Of a DNA stretch of 64,000 nucleotides, positions 50,610 through 62,137 are shown one piece after another. A program made the translations under genes and the position numbers. This stretch comes from Octopus sinensis (taxonomy: Eukaryota): positions 123,690,001 to 123,754,000 of the forward strand of contig NC_043000.1 in NCBI RefSeq assembly GCF_006345805.1, read 5' to 3'. The first letter of the stretch is position 1. Each line of letters begins with the position of its first letter. The notes under the pieces are model-generated. The model was not told where the DNA came from. It saw only the letters and a program-made list of their open reading frames with translations, and made no database searches.

Positions 50610-53600
50610 CCCCTCCTCCACCCTCCCTATGTGAAAAGTGACATTTTGAAACCATTTGTTCTGATTTACTTATTTATCTATATCATAAATGGAAGTCTAA
50701 CACTCAGCAATTTTTGAAAATACTGTGTCTCACCTGATTGTTATAACAGGCATTCATTTTCATTCATGTCAATCAGTCTCAACTTAGCAATCATATCTAC
50801 TGTACTTACTCATGTATAAGTCACACTTGTGCATAAGTCTCACCCCTTATTTAGTGTTGTTGGTATAAAATTTTTTTCCTTTCATATTCAGACTTGCCCT
50901 ATGTATAAGCTGCCCCCCCCCACCACCACCACCACTGTATAAATTACACACTAGTTTTCAGTTAAAATCAAGTATAAACTTTACCTTTCATCCTTTCGGG
51001 GTCGATAAATTAAGTACCAGTTATGCACTGGGGTCGATATAATCGACTTTATCTGTTTGTTTGTCCCCTCTGTGTTTAGCCCCTTGTGGGTAGCAAAGAA
51101 ATAAGTATAAAACAAGAACACTCAGAGAGTGCAAACCTCCACCAGGGCAACACCAACGTTCTCTCAAAGATTAGCCAGAGATGATTTTTAAAATGAGAAT
51201 ATCTGAGATAAACTCAACTGCTCTCACAAATGAGAATACTAAAAATGAACCTGACTGCTCTTAAAAATTAAGTAAAAAAAAAAACAAGAAAAATAATCCA
51301 GAAACCTTATCTGGTACCAGATCGCTCCCAAAATCTAATCATTTCATGTGAGTCACGAGGCCTAACATCCTTGAAAGTTTCATCTGAATCCATCCAGTGG
51401 TTCTTGAGATATCTTGTCCACTGACAAACAAACACAACTGAAAACAATACCTCCGCCTTCACCAAGGCGGAGGTAATAATGTGACTTCTATATGAGTAAA
51501 TATGGTATATTGTTAACAGCTCTGAAAACAAATTTGTTATTATACTTAGCAAATTACTAAATTATATTTTGGTATAAAGGAGCCCAACATGAGTTTACTA
51601 TGAGAGGGAGAGAATTTGTGTGTGTGTTACTGAAGCTAAAATAATTTCATAGGCTGTTTACTACTTGAGTTTCACATAAATGATCATCAGACAGAAGTGA
51701 GCTTTTGAAGCAATATAATGATTTTAAGATATTGCAATGAAAATCAGTTGGCAGATAATCAAATAAACATTTAAAGCAGATTGAATCAAGAGCAAAGGTA
51801 TGAGCATACTTTGCATTTGATAAACCTCATGTAGGTTAAAATGACCATAGTGGTAAGTCTTAAATAAAAAAAAAAATCAACTTTACATTTTGATGGAGAC
51901 TTTTAATTTAGACCACAATTATACAGTAAGTTTGTATTATAGAACCAAGGGCAGATTCAGGCATTGCATTACATTATACATTTCCTCAGAGTCAATAGAA
52001 ATGTATTGGCTCTGACTCTAACAACCCAATAATTACTTCTGACTCCATGACTCCAATTCTGAATTTTCAGTCTTGTGCAGATCTTTTTAACATGTTAATG
52101 CAGATGTAAAAATTCTACCGAAACTAAAGGTTGTATTTTGTTTCATTTTAGGTGGTTATTTAGCTGACAGTCTTGCAATTATGACAGATGCTGCACACCT
52201 TCTCACAGACTTTGTCAGTTTTCTTATTAGTTTACTCTCAGTTTACTTGGCATCACGACCAGCTACAAAGAAATATAGTTTTGGATGGCACCGGGCAGGT
52301 TAGTATGTGCATTTTACTATTTTCCTTATTTTTTAAATAATTTTTCCAATTTTCTAATTGCCACGTATGACTTATTTCTTTAGGTCGTTAAGTTTATAAA
52401 TCCTTATTTTGAGTATTGAAGAATTAAAAAGGAACATACATGAACCTGAATTATCTAACCGGAAACCTATGTTGTCACATAATCTGCTAGAAATAGCAAC
52501 CAAAATTTCTTCAAATCACACTCAGCTGTCTTGATAAAAAGAGAACATTGAAAACGATGGGAGTGCACAATGGATAATGAACGAAAAAGACAGGATTGCA
52601 TCCAACTGGATCTAAACAACACCTGGAAAGTGTATGATGAAATGCAAGAAAATTTTTAAGATGGAACTATGAAAGTGAGATAGGACACCTCTGAAGGATG
52701 ACTGTGGCCATGCTGTGGCACCGCTTTTAGTTGAGCAAATCGACCCCAGGGCTTATTCTTTGTAAGCCTTGTACTTATTCTATTGGTCTCTTTTACCGAA
52801 CCACTAAGTTACAGGGATGTAAACACACCAGCATCAGTTGTCAAATGATGTTGGGGGACAAACACAGACACACATACATATATATATATGACAGGCTTCT
52901 TTCAGTTTCCGTCTACCAAATCTACTCACAAGGCTTTGGTCAGCCCAAGGCTATAGCAGAAGACACTTGCCCAAGGTGCCACGCAGTGGGACTGAACCCG
53001 GAACCATGTGGTTCATTGCTTTCTCATCGCAGATCTCTCTCCTTAATATATATTGCATGTGTGTGTATATGTGTATGTATGTATGTGTATATATGGATGT
53101 ATGTACCTACCTATCTATTTTAAGTACCCCTCCCCCTTTTACTGAGAATAGGGAGGTACTCCAGAGCCCTTAAAAGACTAAAATCGTCCTCTAAATACCC
53201 ACCTAGCAGTATATTCTTCTTACTATTCAATTTTCCAAATCACTAAAGTAAATCAAACAACTTTGAATTACTCTTCTCACAAATATTTTTATACATTCAT
53301 TCCATTGTTATTCTCTTTTAATGAATCAGTTTTAGCTATTTTGAGACAACACTGACATATTTTAAACATTTTGTTTTGTCTAGCTGTAATTAATCAGTTT
53401 ACTTTAAGACTAGAATCTAGTAACACTTCACCTGTCTAAGGAAACATAATATACTGCCATGTTTTAGTTTCTTGTTGATGTTGTTATTGCTATCAGTGTA
53501 TAATTATAATTGCTTTCTTTTCACCCTGTTTAATATTTGTTGTACAAGTATTGCAGACAGGTTGGAAGGCAGATGGTTAAGCGGTTAAAATATTCAGCTC

Positions 53601-56600
53601 ATGGTCGTAAGGTTGTGAGTTCAATATCCAGCAGCGTGTTGTGGCCTTGATCAAGACACTATATTTCACATTGCTCCAGTCCACTCAGCTGGCAAAAATG
53701 AATTGTACCTGTAATTCAAAGGTCAGCCTTGTCACATTTTGTGTCGGGCTAAATATCCCTGAAAACTACATTAAGAGTACGTGTGTCTGTGCTCAGCCTC
53801 TTGTACATTAATTCCACCTGCAGGCTGTTCCATTGATCAGGTGAACTGGAACCCTCATCGTCATAACCAATGGAGTACCAGTTGTTGCAGACAGGTCTCA
53901 AAGATTTCTCTAATGTCTCCCAAAGTAGGTGCTGAGGAAACCCAAAGTTCCATGAAAAAAATTCTGAGTTTCTGCAAGAGAAAATGTCTTTTGGCACAGC
54001 TGACTGGATATTGAATCTGTTTTGGTAACAGTACTTTTTGGCACTAGAGGCAAACACACACTCACTCACATCTATGCACATATAGAAATATGCACATACA
54101 GATAGAAAGAGAGGAGATATATATATGTGTGTGTGGTTTAATAATTGACATGACTCCCATCACTATCACACATAGATAGGAATAGATAAACATGAAACTC
54201 ATAGATCCAACTTCTCTGCTTTTTTTTTAAAGTTCCTACTATTATTTTTTTCTCTGCACTGATGAGTACGTTGATATATGCAAATTCTAAAATGAATTTA
54301 TATCTATGTGCGAAACAATTGTATGCATGAATAAACTTCTTACAACTTTTTAACATCTTATCTCCTCCATTTTTGACAAATATAATTGGATTTGTAGAAC
54401 TTCATTCCATAAATTAATGATACACTTTATATATATACATATATATATAACAATTTATTTATTGAACATTATTGACATAAACACTTACCCTCTCCTTGTA
54501 CACATAAAAAGGAATGTGCTCACACACAAAAAGGTAGGAAGAGTGAATGAATGAAGTATTAAAACATGTGATACCAAATAAGTTGGCATCAAATCAATGA
54601 TGTCAAATAGGCTAGACCAAAACGTCTCATACCCTTTTATCTATTTGTATTTCAGAAATTCTTGGTGCTCTTGTATCTGTACTCTTTATATGGGTGGTGA
54701 CAGGCATTCTGGTTTACCTAGCTATCTTAAGAGTTATCAGTGAAGATTACGAGATTAAAGCCACTATCATGATAATCACCTCAGCAGCAGGAATCTTCAT
54801 CAATTTACTGTAAGTCATTAGTGTTTCCTTTTCAATTTTTATCTGTTACTTGTTTCAGTCATTGAACTATGGCCATGCTAGGGCAATGCTTTGAAGGGTT
54901 TAATTGAACAAATCGACCCCAGTTATTACTTTTTAAGTCTGATACTTTTGTTGGTCTCTTTTGTGAAAGCTCTAAGTTACAGAGATGTAAATGAACCAGC
55001 TGTCAATGTTCCAGCAGTTAGAGCATTTGGGCTCACAATCATAAGGTAGTGAGTTCGATTCCTGGACTAGGCTGTGTTGTATTCTTGAGCAAGACACTTT
55101 ATGGGCTTCTTTCATTTTCCATCTATCAATCCATGCTCAAGGCCCAGGTCAGCCCAGGGCTATAGCAAAAGACACTTGTCCAAAGTACCTCACAGAGGGA
55201 CTGAACCTGAAACCAATGGTTGAGAAGCAAACTTCTTAACCACACAGCCAAGCCTGCACCAATATATAAACAAAAGGACCATAAAGCCTGGTTACTAATG
55301 ATGAAAACCCTGTTTAAAATGTTATTCATTAATGTGAGTTAGTTCACATTACTCTGTAAGGAGCAAAAAGTTGGTTTCTGGTTTCTCTAACATATATATT
55401 TTGCCCCTGGATGTGATGCTGAAGTCCATTGCAGGATTAGTCATTTCAACCAGCTGAGCAGACTGGAGCAGCATGAAATGAAGTGTTTTGCTCGAGAACA
55501 CACTGCATCACCAGGTCCAGGAACTGAAACCACAATCTTTCAATCATGAATCCAACACCTAAATATTAAAGCACATACCGCCACTATTTATTAATGTAAT
55601 TAAATAAAATTATTGCAAATATGCATTTTTGCTTATATTCTGGCCAAAATAAGTTTAAGGCTGATGATGACAGTTCTATTCCTTCATTAATATATAACAA
55701 TAAAATTATTTTACTTTTTACAGTTTATATAGAATCCTTTTTCTCTTTTGAATCATATAGGCATTATATATCTTTCTACAATTCGACTAATTTTAATGCG
55801 CAATTAATTCAAATGATTAGAAATTGTCGGCAAAATAAGTTAAAGACCATACCAAGATTATGGAAATTAATAAACCAGATGGGAGGTCATATGGTTGGTT
55901 GTACTGCACAGTGTTTTGTTTAATAATTGAGCAGTGTTACACATTAATTCGCTATGGGAAAGCATTGTGGTATCAGCCCAGTTACTAGATCAAAGATTGT
56001 GTTGCTTCATCAGCAAAATATGTCCTTCATGAACATTAATTAGGCTACAGCAAAACGGCTTGTGTTCAAGCATGGAAGCTTTTCCAAGCCACTGGCCAAT
56101 ACAAAGTTCAGCAAAGAATGGGTCCTTCAAAAAAAACAACAGTACAGATCATCATCATCATCATCATCGTCGTCATTTAACATCTGCTTTCCATACTAGC
56201 ATGGGTTGGACAGTTTGACTGTGGGCTGGCAAACCAGATGGCTGCACCAGGCTCCAGTCTTGATTTGGCAGAGTTTCTACAGCTGGATGCCCTTGCTAAT
56301 GCCAGCTGTATATCCAGATTTTACAGTTACCCTGTATATACCAGGCCTATGTCTTATCACTGTTATAACTGTTTAATTACTGTTTAGATACTTGAAAAAA
56401 CTTCTTTTTTTTTCACGTCTTTTTTCTGTTTCCTTGTAGGATTGCACTGGTTTTACACAAACACTCACATGGTCACAGTCATGGGTTAAACCATCACCAT
56501 AATGATGAAGAGAATCGATTACTTGTTGAAACCAGAAGTTATGGCTCCAGTAAAGACCTGTCTGTGGAAGAAGACTTAAATCAGAAAAAACATAAAAACA

Positions 56601-58966
56601 TCAATGTCAAAGCAGCATTTATTCATGTAATAGGAGACATTTTACAGAGTGTGGGAGTACTTATAGCTGCATACATTATATACTTTAAGGTTAGTCTTCC
56701 ACTTTACATTTTGTCAATTGAACTAAGTAGGGGAGGAAAGTAAAGTACTTGAGTTACAAATATAAGAAACAGTCATTCAGAAACAGATTTAGAGTAAAAA
56801 AATATCTAAAGAATATGGGGAAAACATTTTCTCCAACGTATTTGCTAATGTTGGGAACAGCTTTAGCTTTGAAAGTCTGAGACCACTCAGGGAAATTTCG
56901 AATACTTGGATATTTGAATGTCTGACTAAATAGTTTGTGTATGGATTTCTGTGTATGTGTTTCTTATTTCTTTATTGCTCACAAGGGGCTAAACATAGAG
57001 GGGACAAACAAGGACAGACAAACGGATTAAGTTGATTATAGCAACCCCAGTGTGTAACTGGTACTTATTTAATCGACTACGAAAGGATGAAAGGCAAAGT
57101 CAACCTCGGCGGAATTTGAACTCAGAACATAGTGGCAGACAAAATACCTATTTCTCTACTGCCCACAGGGGGCTACACACAGAGGGGACAAACAAGGACA
57201 GACAAACGGATTAAGTTGATTACATCGACCCCAGTGCGTAACTGGTGCTTATTTAATCGACCCCGAAAAGATGAAAGGCAAAGTCGACCTTAGTGGAATT
57301 TGAACTCAGAACATAGCAGCAGACGAAATACTACTAAGCATTTCGCCCAGCATGCTAACGTTTCTGCCAGCTCGCCACCTTAATGTATATGTTTCTGTAT
57401 ATGTATCTGTCTCTTGTGTGTATGAGTATGAAGATGAGTGGCTTAATGATCAAGGTATTCAGTCCATGATCATAAGGTTGTGAGTTCAATTCCCAGCCGT
57501 GCATTGGGTCCTTGAGCAAGACTCTTTATTTCATGTTGCTCCAGTCCACTCAGCTGGCAAAAATGAGTTGTACCAGTAATTCAAAGAACCATCATTGCCA
57601 CATTTTGTGTCGTACAGAAAATCCCTGAGAACTACACTGAGGGTAAACATGTCTGTGGAATGCTCAGCCACTTGTACATTAATTTTACAAACAGGTTGTT
57701 CCATTGATCGGATCAACTGGAATCCTTGTCATCATAACCAACAGAGGCCATTCAAGAATTTGAACCTGAAGATCTCCCCCAAGGTCTGGGGTCTCCCGCC
57801 CCTAAGCCCCAGACCATCACCTAATCAACCTTACTTGTTTTGTTGCTTAACAACAACAACAATAACCAACAGAGTGCCAGTGTATGAGTGTATTTATGCA
57901 TATAAATATTTTCTGTATAGATGTATTGGAGCTTGGTGCAGCCTCCTGGCTTGTCAGTCTTCAGTCAAACCGTCTAACCCATGCCAGCATGGAAAGTAGA
58001 CATTAAATGATGATGATGAATTTAATTACCCAGAATATTATCAGCTTGTTTCAGCTGAGTGAACTACCTTCAAAATTGCTGGATAATTTCTGTAACAATA
58101 ATGTATGAAGACTAGCCATTCCTCATTTATATAATTGAATAATTGGTGTTGCTGTAGCAAATTCACTCATGTTTGTAGTTGTGTGGTAAGAAGTTTGCTT
58201 CCTAACCACATGGTTGTAGGTTCAGTCCCACTGCATGGCACCTTGGACAAGTGTCTTCTACGATAGCCTCAGGCTGACCAAAGCCTAGTGAGCGGATTTG
58301 GTAGATAGAAACTGAAAGAAGCCCATCATGTGTGTGTGTGTTTGTCCCCTATCACTGCTTGACCACTGGTCGTGGTGTGTTTACATCCTCGTAACTTAAC
58401 AGTTTGGCAAAAAGAGACCAATACAACAAGCACCTGGCTTAATAAGAAAAATAAGTACTGGGGTTAATTCATTTGACCAAAATTCTTCAAGGCAGTGCCC
58501 CAGCATGGCCACTGTCTAATGACTGAAACAATTAAGAGGAAAAAGAATGACGTTGTACCTATATGACATGTATATGAGCATTTTAACACCCTCTTTCCCA
58601 TGCTTGCATGGGTCAGATGGAATTTATTGAGGCAGATTTTGCATACTGGATGCCTCTCCTGTTACCAATCCATACCTGTTTCCAAGAAGATAATATTTCT
58701 CCATGGGCAGGCATATTTTCACAGTATATTGGAAGTGAATGATTTTCCTTTATAACAATTACATGCAATGCCAAGACAAAGAGAGAAAGACACACACACA
58801 CACACACACACAAGGGGTTTGTTACAGTTTCCATCTATCAAATCCACTCACTATGTTTTGGTCAACTCTAGTCTATAGTAGAAGGCACTTGCTCAAGGTA
58901 CCCTACTGCAGGACTGAACCAGAGGGCATATGATTTGGAAGCAAACTTCTTAACCACACAGCTAAA

Positions 58967-59035
<69 letters not shown>

Positions 59036-62000
59036 TATTATTATTTTTATTGTATTTTTGTATTTATATTTGTGTAACATCATCTGTTTTTCCGTTCTTA
59101 TTTTCATATACATTCCATGCTTTTTTTCCAAGGAATCTAATGCTCTTAGCTTAGTTTTTCCTTGGGGCTGGCCAGATTGGAGCAATCTCAAGAATAATCA
59201 GCCGAAACTGCGAGGACGATCTGGTTCTTGACTGAAGATAAAAGGCTTCGAATAACCCATCCTTGTTTTCTTTGTATCGTCTATCTGGATGTTTTGTTGT
59301 CTCTTTTTGTATCACCTAGTTGTCCAAATGTTTTGCGTTCTTGTCCCATTTTGTATTTTATATATATATATATATAGTGTGTATTCAATATACTTTTTTC
59401 TCTATCTCTTTGCAGCCGGAATACAAGATAGCTGATCCCATTTGTACATTCATATTCTCAGTGTTTGTGTTTATTTCAACCATTACGATTTTACGTGACA
59501 TAATTAATGTATTAATGGAAGGTAAGTTTCTCTCATTCATTTTCTTCCACTTGTTTTCTGTTTATTTATTTATGGCTGGTCGAAGGAGGAGGAGCAGTGT
59601 CCTTTACAGGATCATCACAGGACCATCAAGACTGATAACTAGCTTAATCATTTTTATGTTGACATCTGCAGGAAAAAAACTCGAGTACGGAGGAAATTGC
59701 AGAGAGGAAATATCCATAAGTGGAAGGGTTGAGTAAGATTGGTTAGAACAGGTCCTAGAACCAAATTCGTAGTTGTTAGTGCATTGGACAAAATATTTTG
59801 TGGTAATTATTCCAACTTCTTGCATTCTAAGCTCAAATTCTGCCAAAGTCAACCTTGCCTTCCATCCTTCCAGGGTCAATAAATAAAGCACCAGTCTAGA
59901 ACATGGACTGATGGAATCATTAGAGGGTTGGATTCGATGTGTTTTGGTATTTATTTCTGCACTTTGCATCCTGAGTTCAAATCCTATCACTTAATCCTAC
60001 CTCTGGTTTCACACCACTGCTTGCATATAGGAAGCCTCTAGCAGAAGTCAATCTGTAAGCAATCAAGCCAGGTTACTAATTTGAGAATATTATCCTCGCG
60101 CCCTTCCACCAGCTTCAGAGACTCTACCAGGGACCATTGGCACTGCAAGCCCCTTCTGACTAAACAATAAACAAAATACGGTAAAAGTGCTTAAAGAAGG
60201 TTGTGGAGTATGACTTTTGGGTCTCAGTCAAGGTGGTTTGCGGCTACCTGATTCACTGGAACATGGTATGAATAATAGCAATGGAATAGACAGACAGAAG
60301 AGACAGTACATCTGTGAGTGAAAGGTTGTAGTGTATTGGTGAGATAAAGAACAAAAACACAATCTTGAAATGAGTAGGAGTATTATATATTAAAAGACCA
60401 AGATCATATATATGTCCTAAAATCCAGTATATCCCAGAAGAGAGACACCATTAAAACTCCAGCATGCTTTTCATTATGTATTTAAGAAGTATATATACTT
60501 CTGCACTGTTCAGATTTATATAATTGCTGGCATATATCATCTGAGATTGTTACAGGAGACAGACTGGATCCTTATAAAGGAAATAATTCATCTCTTATTC
60601 ACTTAATGCTATGAAATCTGAGCTAAGATCCTTAGGAGCACCAATGACTAAAATCCAGCCTTGCTGTTCCAAAGAATCATGACTAAAAAGTTGACAAATT
60701 ACTTAATTCATTAGTCAATTACGTTTGTTACATGGACATGAAGAGACTTGGTAAGGTTACCCAATAATAGGAGAACAGCTTGATGAAAGTGTAGAACTTT
60801 CTAGAATTTGATATACAGCTTGGTCGTTACATTGTCGTATGCTTTTTTACATACAAGGAGTTAGATGCTTGATCAATGAGACAGAAAGATTATAATATAT
60901 TTCTGTCTCATTGTGTCACTAGCACTGGTGACACAAATAAGTACCCAGTATACTCTGTAAAGTGGTTGGTGTTGGAAAGGGCGTCTAACTGTAGAAACCA
61001 TTCCAAAACATACACTGGAGACCAACTCAGTCCTCGGACCTGTCAGATTCTGTTTAACCATCCAGCATGGAAAAACGATTCCAAATGATAATGCCGATGT
61101 ATTCAATTCTCAAATACTATTGGGAAAAATTAAAAACGTAGCCTTTTGTTTGTTTTTCTTTTAATGCTTCCTGTGATTTCTTTGTGTATAATATATAATA
61201 CATGTTACTGTAATTTAAGGCAATTTATTCTTTTTATAATATCTTTTGTGATGTTAATTATGGATACTATAAATGTCTACATTTATTTCATAATTGGTTC
61301 CTACTTCATGGTTGGATGCATGAGTAATTAATAAATGAGAGGATATCCACAAATTACTACAATTAAACGAAAAAAAAACAAAAACACCCATACTGCAACT
61401 GAAAAATAACTGTAAAACAGAAATTCAAACACACACGTTTATATATATATATATCGTTCAGCGTCCGCCTTCCATGCTAGCATGGGTTGGACGGGTCAAC
61501 TGGGGTCTGTGAAGCTGGAAGGCTTCGTCAGGCCCAGTCAGATCTGGCAGTGTTTCTACGGCTGGATGCCCTTCCTAACGCCAACCACTCCACGAGTGTA
61601 GTGGGTGTTTTTTACGTGCCACCTGCACGTATGGATGGACTCATATTAAACTCTGTTGGACTTTTGGATTTTACTCAAAGGATATTGGAATATTACACAT
61701 ATATACCATTATGCCTATAAAACGGATTTAAGAACTCAATACATATCTTGCATCTGTTATCTTTCCTCCACCTCACTCTCTATTTTATATCACATCGAAA
61801 CTAACTGACTTAATTTTTCCTCTCACTCTGTCTCCGATGAAGGGATATTATTATTTAATATCCTAGAAACACCTGTAAGACCTTCTACCCATAAATGCTC
61901 TAATATCTATACAGCCTTGATTTTTTATCTCATTACGCAAAAAATTCATATATACACACACTGATATAGAGCCAACGTTGAACCCTTTATTCGCAATATT

Positions 62001-62086
62001 ACCGAATCTGGAACTTAACTATGGTCTGTCTATAGCACTTATTCAGCATTACCTGACACCTTTGGGTCTCAATGACACCATTATCT

Positions 62087-62137
<51 letters not shown>

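Noticed and set aside
2398-58545. tRNA-like sequences with A/B boxes
   Set aside because: They are SINE heads continuing directly into SINE bodies; I could not build a complete cloverleaf, so no tRNA gene is called.
59160-59250. CTGAAGA with a TTCTTGA/TCAAGAA pairing in a TA-flanked repeat
   Set aside because: GAAT instead of GAAA, no stem II pairing and no stem III; at most a very decayed relic, so not called.
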